A DNA stretch of 64,000 nt, taken from assembly GCA_964016885.1 (NCBI GenBank), contig OZ024741.1, positions 245,334,001 to 245,398,000 of the forward strand, read 5' to 3'. Below, piece by piece: positions 40,701 through 55,509 of the stretch; positions within the stretch are counted from its first letter, which is position 1, and each line of letters begins with the position of its first letter. This DNA comes from Eledone cirrhosa. Taxonomy: Eukaryota. Below the pieces are notes generated by a model, which made no database searches, had not been told where the DNA came from, and saw only the letters and a program-made list of their open reading frames with translations. The position numbers and the translations under genes are program-made.

Positions 40701-41449
40701 TTTTTTTAATGGGTTTTTTAAATGGATTTTTTTAATGGATTTTTAATGGATTTTTAATGGATTTTTAATGGGTTTTTAATGGATTTTTTAAATGGATTTT
40801 TTTAATGGATTTTTAATGGATTTTTTTAATGGATTTTTTTTAATGGTTTCTTTTAATGGATTTTTTTTTAATGGATTTTTTTTAATGGGTTTTTTTTTAA
40901 TGGATTTTTTTTAATGGATTTTTTTAATGGATTTTTTTAATGGATTTTTAATGGATTTTTTTTAATGGATTTTTTTAATGGATTTTTTAATGGATTTTTT
41001 TATGGATTTTTTTTAATGGATTTTTTTTAATGGATTTTTTAAATGGATTTTTTTAATGGATTTTTTTAATGGGTTTTTTTAATGGATTTCTTTTTAATGG
41101 ATTTTTTAAATGGATTTTTTTAATGGATTTTTTTAATGGGTTTTTTAAATGGATTTTTTAATGTATTTTTAATGGATTTTTAATGGATTTTTAATGGGTT
41201 TTTAATGGATTTTTTTTAATGGATTTTTTTAATGGATTTTTTTAATGGATTTTTTTTAATGGGTTTTTTTAATGGCTTTTTTAAATGGATTTTTTTAATG
41301 GATTTTTTTTAATGGGTTTTTTTTTAATGGATTTTTTTTAATGGATTTTTTAAATGGATTTTTTTAATGAATTTTTTTTAATGGGTTTTTTTAAATGGAT
41401 TTTTTTTAATGGATTTTTTAAATGAATTTTTTTAATGGATTTTTTTAAT

Positions 41450-44400
41450 GGGTTTTTTAAATGGATTTTTTAATGGATTTTTAATGGATTTTTAATGGGT
41501 TTTTAATGGATTTTTTAATGGATTTTTTTAAATGGATTTTTTTAATGGATTTTTAATGGATTTTTTTTAATGGATTTTTTTAATGGATTTTTTAATGGAT
41601 TTTTTAATGGATTTTTTTTAATGGATTTTTTTAATGGATTTTTTAAATGGATTTTTTAATGGATTTTTTTAATGGGTTTTTTTTAATGGATTTTTTTTTA
41701 ATGGATTTTTTAAATGGATTTTTTTAATGGATTTTTTTTAATGGGTTTTTTAAATGGATTTTTTAATGGATTTTTAATGGATTTTTAATGGATTTTTAAT
41801 GGGTTTTTAATGGATTTTTTTAAATGGATTTTTTTAATGGATTTTTAATGGATTTTTTTAAATTGATTTTTTTTAATGGATTTTTTTTTTAATGGATTTT
41901 TTTTTAATGGATTTTTTTTTAATGGATTTTTTTAATGGGTTTTTTAAATGGATTTTTTAATGGATTTTTAATGGATTTTTAATGGGTTTTTTTAAATTGA
42001 TTTTTTTAATGGGTTTTTTTTAATGGCTTTTTTTTAATGGGTTTTTTTAATGGCTTTTTTAAATGGATTTTTTTAATGGATTTTTTAATGGATTTTTTTT
42101 AATGGGTTTTTTAAATGGATTTTTTAATGGATTTTTTTAAATGGATTTTTTTAATGGATTTTTAATGGATTTTTTTAAATTGATTTTTTTTAATGGATTT
42201 TTTTTAATGGATTTTTTTTTTAATGGATTTTTTTAATGGGTTTTTTTAATGGCTTTTTTAAATGGATTTTTTTAATGGTTTTTTTTTAATGGGTTTTTTA
42301 AATGGATTTTTTAATGGATTTTTAATTGATTTTTAATGGATTTTTAATGGGTTTTTAATGGATTTTTTTAAATGGATTTTTTTAATGGATTTTTAATGGA
42401 TTTTTTTAAATTGATTTTTTTAATGGATTTTTTTTTTAATGGATTTTTTTTAATGGATTTTTGTTTTAATGGATTTTTTTTAATGGGTTTTTTAAATGGA
42501 TTTTTTAATGGATTTTTAATGGATTTTTAATGGGTTTTTAATGGATTTTTTTTAATGGATTTTTTTAATGGATTTTTAATGGCTTTTTTTAAATTGATTT
42601 TTTTAATGGGTTTTTTTAATGGCTTTTTTTTAATGGGTTTTTTTAATGGCTTTTTTAAATGGATTTTTTTAATGGATTTTTTTAATGGATTTTTTTAATG
42701 GGTTTTTTAAATGGATTTTTTAATGGATTTTTTTAAATGTTTTTTTTAATGGATTTTTAATGGATTTTTTTAAATTGATTTTTTTTAATGGATTTTTTTT
42801 AATGGATTTTTTTTTAATGGATTTTTTTAATGGGTTTTTTTAATGGCTTTTTTAAATGGATTTTTTTAATGGATTTTTTTATTGGATTTTTTTAATGGGT
42901 TTTTTAATGGATTTTTAATGGATTTTTTTAAATTGATTTTTTTTAATGGATTTTTTTTTTAATGGATTTTTTTTTAATGGATTTTTTTTTAATGGATTTT
43001 TTTTAATGGGTTTTTTTAATGGGTTTTTTAAATGGATTTTTTAATGGATTTTTAATAGATTTTTAATGGATTTTTAATGGGTTTTTAATGGATTTTTTAA
43101 ATGGATTTTTTTTAATGGATTTTTTTTAATGGTTTTTTTAAATGGATTTTTTTAATGGATTTTTAATGGATTTTTAATGGATTTTTAATGGTTTTTAATG
43201 GATTTTTTAAATGGATTTTTTTAATGGATTTTTTATGGATTTTTTAAATTGATTTTTTTAATGGATTTTTTTTAATGGATTTTTTTTAATGGATTTTTTT
43301 TTTTAATGGATTTTTTTTTAATGGGTTTTTTTAATGGCTTTTTTAAATGGATTTTTTTAATGGATTTCTTTAATGGATTTTTTTAATGGATTTTTTTAAT
43401 GGGTTTTTTTAATGGCTTTTTTAAATGGATTTTTTTAATGGATTTTTTTTAATGGGTTTTTTTTTAATGGATTTTTTTTAATGGATTTTTTAAATGGATT
43501 TTTTTAATGAATTTTTTTTAATGGGTTTTTTTAAATGGATTTTTTTTAATGGATTTTTTAAATGAATTTTTTTAATGGATTTTTTTAATGGGTTTTTTAA
43601 ATGGATTTTTTAATGGATTTTTAATGGATTTTTAATGGGTTTTTAATGGATTTTTTAATGGATTTTTTTAAATGGATTTTTTTAATGGATTTTTAATGGA
43701 TTTTTTTTAATGGATTTTTTTAATGGATTTTTTAATGGATTTTTTAATGGATTTTTTTTAATGGATTTTTTTAATGGATTTTTTAAATGGATTTTTTAAT
43801 GGATTTTTTTAATGGGTTTTTTTTAATGGATTTTTTTTTAATGGATTTTTTAAATGGATTTTTTTAATGGATTTTTTTTAATGGGTTTTTTAAATGGATT
43901 TTTTAATGGATTTTTAATGGATTTTTAATGGATTTTTAATGGGTTTTTAATGGATTTTTTTAAATGGATTTTTTTAATGGATTTTTAATGGATTTTTTTA
44001 AATTGATTTTTTTTAATGGATTTTTTTTTTAATGGATTTTTTTTTAATGGATTTTTTTTTAATGGATTTTTTTAATGGGTTTTTTAAATGGATTTTTTAA
44101 TGGATTTTTAATGGATTTTTAATGGGTTTTTTTAAATTGATTTTTTTAATGGGTTTTTTTTAATGGCTTTTTTTAATGGGTTTTTTTAATGGCTTTTTTA
44201 AATGGATTTTTTTAATGGATTTTTTAATGGATTTTTTTTAATGGGTTTTTTAAATGGATTTTTTAATGGATTTTTTTAAATGGATTTTTTTAATGGATTT
44301 TTAATGGATTTTTTTAAATTGATTTTTTTTAATGGATTTTTTTTAATGGATTTTTTTTTTTATGGATTTTTTTAATGGGTTTTTTTAATGGCTTTTTTAA

Positions 44401-47400
44401 ATGGATTTTTTTAATGGTTTTTTTTTAATGGGTTTTTTAAATGGATTTTTTAATGGATTTTTAATTGATTTTTAATGGATTTTTAATGGATTTTTAATGG
44501 GTTTTTAATGGATTTTTTTTAATGGATTTTTTTAATGGATTTTTAATGGATTTTTTTAATGGATTTTTTTAATGGGTTTTTTTAATGGATTTTTTTTTAA
44601 TGGATTTTTTTAATGGGTTTTTTTTAATGGATTTTTTTTAATGGATTTTTTAAATGGATTTTTTTAATGGATTTTTTTTAATGGGTTTTTTTAAATGGAT
44701 TTTTTTTAATGGATTTTTAAATGAATTTTTTTAATGGATTTTTTAATGGGTTTTTTAAATGGATTTTTTAATGGATTTTTAATGGATTTTTAATGGATTT
44801 TTAATGGATTTTTTAATGGATTTTTTTAAATGGATTTTTTTAATGGATTTTTAATGCATTTTTTTTAATGGATTTTTTTAATGGATTTTTTTTTTAATGG
44901 ATTTTTTTTTAATGGATTTTTTTTTAATGAATTTTTTTTAATGGGTTTTTTAAATGGATTTTTTAATGGATTTTTAATGGATTTTTAATGGGTTTTTAAT
45001 GGATATTTAATGGATTTTTTTAAATGGATTTTTTTAATGGATTTTTAATGGATTTTTTTTAATGGATTTTTTTAATGGATTTTTTAATGGATTTTTTAAT
45101 GGATTTTTTTTAATGGATTTTTTTAATGGATTTTTTAAATGGATTTTTTAATGGATTTTTTTAATGGGTTTTTTTTAATGGATTTTTTTTTAATGGATTT
45201 TTTAAATGGATTTTTTTAATGGATTTTTTTTAATGGGTTTTTTAAATGGATTTTTTAATGGATTTTTAATGGATTTTTAATGGATTTTTAATGGGTTTTT
45301 AATGGATTTTTTTAAATGGATTTTTTTAATGGATTTTTAATGGATTTTTTTAAATTGATTTTTTTTAATGGATTTTTTTTTTAATGGATTTTTTTTTAAT
45401 GGATTTTTTTTTAATGGATTTTTTTAATGGGTTTTTTAAATGGATTTTTTAATGGATTTTTAATGGATTTATAATGGGTTTTTTTAAATTGATTTTTTTA
45501 ATGGGTTTTTTTCAATGGCTTTTTTTTAATGGGTTTTTTTAATGGCTTTTTTAAATGGATTTTTTTAATGGATTTTTTAATGGATTTTTTTTAATGGGTT
45601 TTTTAAATGGATTTTTTAATGGATTTTTTTAAATGGATTTTTTTAATGGATTTTTAATGGATTTTTTTAAATTGATTTTTTTTAATGGATTTTTTTTAAT
45701 GGATTTTTTTTTTAATGGATTTTTTTAATGGGTTTTTTTAATGGCTTTTTTAAATGGATTTTTTTAATGGTTTTTTTTTAATGGGTTTTTTAAATGGATT
45801 TTTTAATGGATTTTTAATTGATTTTTAATGGATTTTTAATGGGTTTTTAATGGATTTTTTTAAATGGATTTTTTTAATGGATTTTTAATGGATTTTTTTA
45901 AATTGATTTTTTTAATGGATTTTTTTTTTAATGGATTTTTTTTAATGGATTTTTGTTTTAATGGATTTTTTTTAATGGGTTTTTTAAATGGATTTTTTAA
46001 TGGATTTTTAATGGATTTTTAATGGGTTTTTAATGGATTTTTTTAAATGGATTTTTTTAATGGATTTTTAATGGCTTTTTTTAAATTGATTTTTTTAATG
46101 GGTTTTTTTAATGGCTTTTTTTTAATGGGTTTTTTTAATGGCTTTTTTAAATGGATTTTTTTAATGGATTTTTTTAATGGATTTTTTTTAATGGGTTTTT
46201 TAAATGGATTTTTTAATGGATTTTTTTAAATGTTTTTTTTAATGGATTTTTAATGGATTTTTTTAAATTGATTTTTTTTAATGGATTTTTTTTAATGGAT
46301 TTTTTTTTAATGGATTTTTTTAATGGGTTTTTTTAATGGCTTTTTTAAATGGATTTTTTTAATGGATTTTTTTATTGGATTTTTTTAATGGGTTTTTTAA
46401 TGGATTTTTAATGGATTTTTTTTAATTGATTTTTTTTAATGGATTTTTTTTTTAATGGATTTTTTTTTAATGGATTTTTTTTTAATGGATTTTTTTTAAT
46501 GGGTTTTTTTAATGGGTTTTTTAAATGGATTTTTTAATGGATTTTTAATAGATTTTTAATGGATTTTTAATGGGTTTTTAATGGATTTTTTAAATGGATT
46601 TTTTTTAATGGATTTTTTTTAATGGGTTTTTTAAATGGATTTTTTTAATGGATTTTTAATGGATTTTTAATGGATTTTTAATGGTTTTTAATGGATTTTT
46701 TAAATGGATTTTTTTAATGGATTTTTTATGGATTTTTTAAATTGATTTTTTTAATGGATTTTTTTTAATGGATTTTTTTTAATGGATTTTTTTTTTTAAT
46801 GGATTTTTTTTTAATGGGTTTTTTTAATGGCTTTTTTAAATGGATTTTTTTAATGGATTTCTTTAATGGATTTTTTTAATGGATTTTTTTAATGGGTTTT
46901 TTTAATGGCTTTTTTAAATGGATTTTTTTAATGGATTTTTTTTAATGGGTTTTTTTTTAATGGATTTTTTTTAATGGATTTTTTAAATGGATTTTTTTAA
47001 TGAATTTTTTTTAATGGGTTTTTTTAAATGGATTTTTTTTAATGGATTTTTTAAATGAATTTTTTTAATGGATTTTTTTAATGGGTTTTTTAAATGGATT
47101 TTTTAATGGATTTTTAATGGATTTTTAATGGGTTTTTAATGGATTTTTTAATGGATTTTTTTAAATGGATTTTTTTAATGGATTTTTAATGGATTTTTTT
47201 TAATGGATTTTTTTAATGGATTTTTTAATGGATTTTTTAATGGATTTTTTTTAATGGATTTTTTTAATGGATTTTTTAAATGGATTTTTTAATGGATTTT
47301 TTTAATGGGTTTTTTTTAATGGATTTTTTTTAATGGATTTTTTAAATGGATTTTTTTAATGGATTTTTTTTAATGGGTTTTTTAAATGGATTTTTTAATG

Positions 47401-48430
47401 GATTTTTAATGGATTTTTAATGGATTTTTAATGGGTTTTTAATGGATTTTTTTAAATGGATTTTTTTAATGGATTTTTAATGGATTTTTTTAAATTGATT
47501 TTTTTTAATGGATTTTTTTTTTAATGGATTTTTTTTTAATGGATTTTTTTTTAATGGATTTTTTTAATGGGTTTTTTAAATGGATTTTTTAATGGATTTT
47601 TAATGGATTTTTAATGGGTTTTTTTAAATTGATTTTTTTAATGGGTTTTTTTTAATGGCTTTTTTTTAATGGGTTTTTTTAATGGCTTTTTTAAATGGAT
47701 TTTTTTAATGGATTTTTTAATGGATTTTTTTTAATGGGTTTTTTAAATGGATTTTTTAATGGATTTTTTAAATGGATTTTTTTAATGGATTTTTAATGGA
47801 TTTTTTTAAATTGATTTTTTTTAATGGATTTTTTTTAATGGATTTTTTTTTTAATGGATTTTTTTAATGGGTTTTTTTAATGGCTTTTTTAAATGGATTT
47901 TTTTAATGGTTTTTTTTTAATGGGTTTTTTAAATGGATTTTTTAATGGATTTTTAATTGATTTTTAATGGATTTTTAATGGATTTTTAATGGGTTTTTAA
48001 TGGATTTTTTTTAATGGATTTTTTTAATGGATTTTTAATGGATTTTTTTAATGGATTTTTTTAATGGGTTTTTTTAATGGATTTTTTTTTAATGGATTTT
48101 TTTAATGGGTTTTTTTTAATGGATTTTTTTTAATGGATTTTTTAAATGGATTTTTTTAATGGATTTTTTTTAATGGGTTTTTTTAAATGGATTTTTTTTA
48201 ATGGATTTTTAAATGAATTTTTTTAATGGATTTTTTAATGGGTTTTTTAAATGGATTTTTTAATGGATTTTTAATGGATTTTTAATGGATTTTTAATGGA
48301 TTTTTTAATGGATTTTTTTAAATGGATTTTTTTAATGGATTTTTAATGCATTTTTTTTAATGGATTTTTTTAATGGATTTTTTTTTTAATGGATTTTTTT
48401 TTAATGGATTTTTTTTTAATGAATTTTTTT
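41450..48430 (+). repeat. 3,492 bp internal tandem duplication
   Basis: TTTTTGTTTT G42463/G45955 and ATGCAT 44854/48346, both offset 3492. Confidence 0.88.
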
Positions 48431-51400
48431 TAATGGGTTTTTTAAATGGATTTTTTAATGGATTTTTAATGGATTTTTAATGGGTTTTTAATGGATTTTT
48501 TAATGGATTTTTTTAAATGGATTTTTTTAATGGATTTTTAATGGATTTTTTTTAATGGATTTTTTTAATGGATTTTTTAATGGATTTTTTAATGGATTTT
48601 TTTTAATGGATTTTTTTAATGGATTTTTTAAATGGATTTTTTTAATGGATTTTTTTAATGGTTTTTTTTTAATGGATTTTTTTTAATGGATTTTTAAATG
48701 GATTTTTTTAATGGATTTTTTTTAATGGGTTTTTTAAATGGATTTTTTAATGGATTTTTAATGGATTTTTAATGGATTTTTAATGGGTTTTTAATGGATT
48801 TTTTTAAATGGATTTTTTTAATGGATTTTTAATGGATTTTTTTAAATTGATTTTTTTTAATGGATTTTTTTTTTAATGGATTTTTTTTTAATGGATTTTT
48901 TTTTAATGGATTTTTTTAATGGGTTTTTTAAATGGATTTTTTAATGGATTTTTAATGGATTTATAATGGGTTTTTTTAAATTGATTTTTTTAATGGGTTT
49001 TTTTAATGGCTTTTTTTAAATGGGTTTTTTTAATGGCTTTTTTAAATGGATTTTTTTAATGGATTTTTTAATGGATTTTTTTTAATGGGTTTTTTAAATG
49101 GATTTTTTAATGGATTTTTTTAAATGGATTTTTTTAATGGATTTTTAATGGATTTTTTTAAATTGATTTTTTTTAATGGATTTTTTTTAATGGATTTTTT
49201 TTTTAATGGATTTTTTTAATGGGTTTTTTTAATGGCTTTTTTAAATGGATTTTTTTAATGGTTTTTTTTTAATGGGTTTTTTAAATGGATTTTTTAATGG
49301 ATTTTTAATTGATTTTTAATGGATTTTTAATGGGTTTTTAATGGATTTTTGAAATGGATTTTTTAATGGATTTTTTTTAATGGGTTTTTTAAATGGATTT
49401 TTTTAATGGATTTTTAATGGATTTTTAATGGATTTTTAATGGGTTTTTAATGGATTTTTTAAATGGATTTTTTTAATGGATTTTTAATGGATTTTTTTAA
49501 TGGATTTTTTTTAATGGTTTCTTTTAATGGATTTTTTTTTAATGGATTTTTTTTAATGGGTTTTTTTTTAATGGATTTTTTTTAATGGATTTTTTTAATG
49601 GATTTTTTAATGGATTTTTAATGGATTTTTTTTAATGGATTTTTTTAATGGATTTTTTAATGGATTTTTTTATGGATTTTTTTTAATGGATTTTTTTTAA
49701 TGGATTTTTTAAATGGATTTTTTTAATGGATTTTTTGAATGGGTTTTTTTAATGGATTTCTTTTTAATGGATTTTTTAAATGGATTTTTTTAATGGATTT
49801 TTTTAATGGGTTTTTTAAATGGATTTTTTAATGTATTTTTAATGGATTTTTAATGGATTTTTAATGGGTTTTTAATGGATTTTTTTTAATGGATTTTTTT
49901 AATGGATTTTTAATGGATTTTTTTAATGGATTTTTTTTAATGGGTTTTTTTTAATGGATTTTTTTTTAATGGATTTTTTTAATGGGTTTTTTAAATGGAT
50001 TTTTTACTGGATTTTTAATGGATTTTTAATGGGTTTTTAATGGATTTTTTTAAATTGATTTTTTTAATGGGTTTTTTTTAATGGCTTTTTTTTAATGGGT
50101 TTATTTAATGGCTTTTTTAAATGGATTTTTTAAATGGATTTTTTTAATGGATTTTTTTTAATGGGTTTTTTAAATGGATTTTTTAATGGATTTTTTTAAA
50201 TTGATTTTTTTTAATGGATTTTTTTTTTAATGGATTTTTTTAATGGTTTTTTTTAATGGCTTTTTTAAATGGATTTTTTTAATGGATTTTTTTAATGGAT
50301 TTTTTTTAATGGGTTTTTTAAATGGATTTTTTAATGGATTTTTAATAAATTTTTAATGGATTTTTAATGGGTTTTTAATGGATTTTTTAAATGGATTTTT
50401 TTAATGGATTTTTTTTAATGGGTTTTTTAAATGGATTTTTTTAATGGATTTTTAATGGATTTTTAATGGATTTTTAATGGTTTTTAATGGATTTTTTAAA
50501 TGGATTTTTTTAATGGATTTTTTATGGATTTTTTAAATTGATTTTTTTTAATGGATTTTTTTAATGGATTTTTTTTAATGGATTTTTTTTTTTAATGGAT
50601 TTTTTTTTAATGGGTTTTTTTAATGGCTTTTTTAAATGGATTTTTTTAATGGATTTCTTTAATGGATTTTTTTAATGGATTTTTTTTTAATGGGTTTTTT
50701 TAATGGCTTTTTTAAATGGATTTTTTTAATGGATTTTTTTTAATGGGTTTTTTTTTAATGGATTTTTTTTAATGGATTTTTTAAATGGATTTTTTTAATG
50801 AATTTTTTTTAATGGGTTTTTTTAAATGGATTTTTTTTAATGGATTTTTTAAATGAATTTTTTTAATGGATTTTTTTAATGGTTTTTTTTTTAATGGATT
50901 TTTTTTAATGGGTTTTTTAAATGGATTTTTTAATGGATTTTTAATGGATTTTTAATGGGTTTTTAATGGATTTTTTTAAATGGATTTTTTTAATGGATTT
51001 TTAATGGATTTTTTTAAATTGATTTTTTTAATGGGTTTTTTTTAATGGCTTTTTTTAATGGGTTTTTTTAATGGATTTTTTTAATGGATTTTTTTAATGG
51101 ATTTTTTTTAATGGGTTTTTTAAATGGATTTTTTAATGGATTTTTTTAAATGGATTTTTTTAATGGATTTTTAATGGATTTTTTTAAATTGATTTTTTTT
51201 AATGGATTTTTTTTTTAATGGATTTTTTTTTAATGGATTTTTTTTAATGGATTTTTTTAATGGGTTTTTTAAATGGATTTTTTAATGGATTTTTAATGGA
51301 TTTATAATGGGTTTTTTTAAATTGATTTTTTTAATGGGTTTTTTTAATGGCTTTTTTTAAATGGGTTTTTTTAATGGCTTTTTTAAATGGATTTTTTTAA

Positions 51401-54400
51401 TGGATTTTTTAATGGATTTTTTTTAATGGGTTTTTTAAATGGATTTTTTAATGGATTTTTTTAAATGGATTTTTTTAATGGATTTTTAATGGATTTTTTT
51501 AAATTGATTTTTTTTAATTGATTTTTTTTAATGGATTTTTTTCTTAATGGATTTTTTTAATGGGTTTTTTTAATGGCTTTTTTAAATGGATTTTTTTAAT
51601 GGTTTTTTTTTAATGGGTTTTTTAAATGGATTTTTTAATGGATTTTTAATTGATTTTTAATGGATTTTTAATGGGTTTTTAATGGATTTTTGAAATGGAT
51701 TTTTTAATGGATTTTTTTTAATGGGTTTTTTAAATGGATTTTTTTAATGGATTTTTAATGGATTTTTAATGGATTTTTAATGGGTTTTTAATGGATTTTT
51801 TAAATGGATTTTTTTAATGGATTTTTAATGGATTTTTTTAATGGATTTTTTTTAATGGTTTCTTTTAATGGATTTTTTTTTAATGGATTTTTTTTAATGG
51901 GTTTTTTTTTAATGGATTTTTTTTAATGGATTTTTTTAATGGATTTTTTTAATGGATTTTTAATGGATTTTTTTTTATGGATTTTTTTTAATGGATTTTT
52001 TTTAATGGATTTTTTAAATGGATTTTTTTAATGGATTTTTTTAATGGGTTTTTTTAATGGATTTCTTTTTAATGGATTTTTTAAATGGATTTTTTTAATG
52101 GATTTTTTTAATGGGTTTTTTAAATGGATTTTTTAATGTATTTTTAATGGATTTTTAATGGATTTTTAATGGGTTTTTAATGGATTTTTTTTAATGGATT
52201 TTTTTAATGGATTTTTTTAATGGATTTTTTTTAATGGGTTTTTTTAATGGCTTTTTTAAATGGATTTTTTTAATGGATTTTTTTTAATGGGTTTTTTTTT
52301 AATGGATTTTTTTTAATGGATTTTTTAAATGGATTTTTTTAATGAATTTTTTTTAATGGGTTTTTTTAAATGGATTTTTTTTAATGGATTTTTTAAATGA
52401 ATTTTTTTAATGGATTTTTTTAATGGTTTTTTTAAATGGATTTTTTAATGGATTTTTAATGGATTTTTAATGGGTTTTTAATGGATTTTTTAATGGATTT
52501 TTTTAAATGGATTTTTTTAATGGATTTTTAATGGATTTTTTTTAATGGATTTTTTTAATGGATTTTTTAATGGATTTTTTAATGGATTTTTTTTAATGGA
52601 TTTTTTTAATGGATTTTTTAAATGGATTTTTTAATGGATTTTTTTAATGGGTTTTTTTTAATGGATTTTTTTTTAATGGATTTTTTAAATGGATTTTTTT
52701 TAATGGGTTTTTTAAATGGATTTTTTAATGGATTTTTAATGGATTTTTAATGGATTTTTAATGGGTTTTTAATGGATTTTTTTAAATGGATTTTTTTAAT
52801 GGATTTTTAATGGATTTTTTTAAATTGATTTTTTTTAATGGATTTTTTTTTTAATGGATTTTTTTTTAATGGATTTTTTTTTAATGGATTTTTTTAATGG
52901 GTTTTTTAAATGGATTTTTTAATGGATTTTTAATGGGTTTTTTTAAATTGATTTTTTTAATGGGTTTTTTTTAATGGCTTTTTTTTAATGGGTTTTTTTA
53001 ATGGCTTTTTTAAATGGATTTTTTTAATGGATTTTTTAATGGATTTTTTTTAATGGGTTTTTTAAATGGATTTTTTAATGGATTTTTTTAAATGGATTTT
53101 TTTAATGGATTTTTAATGGATTTTTTTAAATTGATTTTTTTTAATGGATTTTTTTTAATGGATTTTTTTTTTAATGGATTTTTTTAATGGGTTTTTTTAA
53201 TGGCTTTTTTAAATGGATTTTTTTAATGGTTTTTTTTTAATGGGTTTTTTAAATGGATTTTTTAATGGATTTTTAATTGATTTTTAATGGATTTTTAATG
53301 GGTTTTTAATGGATTTTTTTAAATGGATTTTTTTAATGGATTTTTAATGGATTTTTTTAAATTGATTTTTTTAATGGATTTTTTTTTTAATGGATTTTTT
53401 TTAATGGATTTTTGTTTTAATGGATTTTTTTTAATGGGTTTTTTAAATGGATTTTTTAATGGATTTTTAATGGATTTTTAATGGGTTTTTAATGGATTTT
53501 TTTAAATGGATTTTTTTAATGGATTTTTAATGGCTTTTTTTAAATTGATTTTTTTAATGGGTTTTTTTAATGGCTTTTTTTTAATGGGTTTTTTTAATGG
53601 CTTTTTTAAATGGATTTTTTTAATGGATTTTTTTAATGGATTTTTTTTAATGGGTTTTTTAAATGGATTTTTTAATGGATTTTTTTAAATGTTTTTTTTA
53701 ATGGATTTTTAATGGATTTTTTTAAATTGATTTTTTTTAATGGATTTTTTTTAATGGATTTTTTTTTAATGGATTTTTTTAATGGGTTTTTTTAATGGCT
53801 TTTTTAAATGGATTTTTTTAATGGATTTTTTTATTGGATTTTTTTAATGGGTTTTTTAATGGATTTTTAATGGATTTTTTTAAATTGATTTTTTTTAATG
53901 TATTTTTTTTTTAATGGATTTTTTTTTAATGGATTTTTTTTTAATGGATTTTTTTTAATGGGTTTTTTTAATGGGTTTTTTAAATGGATTTTTTAATGGA
54001 TTTTTAATAGATTTTTAATGGATTTTTAATGGGTTTTTAATGGATTTTTTAAATGGATTTTTTTTAATGGATTTTTTTTAATGGGTTTTTTAAATGGATT
54101 TTTTTAATGGATTTTTAATGGATTTTTAATGGATTTTTAATGGTTTTTAATGGATTTTTTAAATGGATTTTTTTAATGGATTTTTTATGGATTTTTTAAA
54201 TTGATTTTTTTAATGGATTTTTTTTAATGGATTTTTTTTAATGGATTTTTTTTTTTAATGGATTTTTTTTAATGGGTTTTTTTAATGGCTTTTTTAAATG
54301 GATTTTTTTAATGGATTTCTTTAATGGATTTTTTTAATGGATTTTTTTTAATGGGTTTTTTTAATGGCTTTTTTAAATGGATTTTTTTAATGGATTTTTT

Positions 54401-55509
54401 TTAATGGGTTTTTTTTTAATGGATTTTTTTTAATGGATTTTTTAAATGGATTTTTTTAATGAATTTTTTTTAATGGGTTTTTTTAAATGGATTTTTTTTA
54501 ATGGATTTTTTAAATGAATTTTTTTAATGGATTTTTTTAATGGGTTTTTTAAATGGATTTTTTAATGGATTTTTAATGGATTTTTAATGGGTTTTTAATG
54601 GATTTTTTAATGGATTTTTTTAAATGGATTTTTTTAATGGATTTTTAATGGATTTTTTTTAATGGATTTTTTTAATGGATTTTTTAATGGATTTTTTAAT
54701 GGATTTTTTTTAATGGATTTTTTTAATGGATTTTTTAAATGGATTTTTTAATGGATTTTTTTAATGGGTTTTTTTTAATGGATTTTTTTTTAATGGATTT
54801 TTTAAATGGATTTTTTTAATGGATTTTTTTTAATGGGTTTTTTAAATGGATTTTTTAATGGATTTTTAATGGATTTTTAATGGATTTTTAATGGGTTTTT
54901 AATGGATTTTTTTAAATGGATTTTTTTAATGGATTTTTAATGGATTTTTTTAAATTGATTTTTTTTAATGGATTTTTTTTTTAATGGATTTTTTTTTAAT
55001 GGATTTTTTTTTAATGGATTTTTTTAATGGGTTTTTTAAATGGATTTTTTAATGGATTTTTAATGGATTTTTAATGGGTTTTTTTAAATTGATTTTTTTA
55101 ATGGGTTTTTTTTAATGGCTTTTTTTTAATGGGTTTTTTTAATGGCTTTTTTAAATGGATTTTTTTAATGGATTTTTTAATGGATTTTTTTTAATGGGTT
55201 TTTTAAATGGATTTTTTAATGGATTTTTTTAAATGGATTTTTTTAATGGATTTTTAATGGATTTTTTTAAATTGATTTTTTTTAATGGATTTTTTTTAAT
55301 GGATTTTTTTTTTAATGGATTTTTTTAATGGGTTTTTTTAATGGCTTTTTTAAATGGATTTTTTTAATGGTTTTTTTTTAATGGGTTTTTTAAATGGATT
55401 TTTTAATGGATTTTTAATTGATTTTTAATGGATTTTTAATGGATTTTTAATGGGTTTTTAATGGATTTTTTTTAATGGATTTTTTTAATGGATTTTTAAT
55501 GGATTTTTT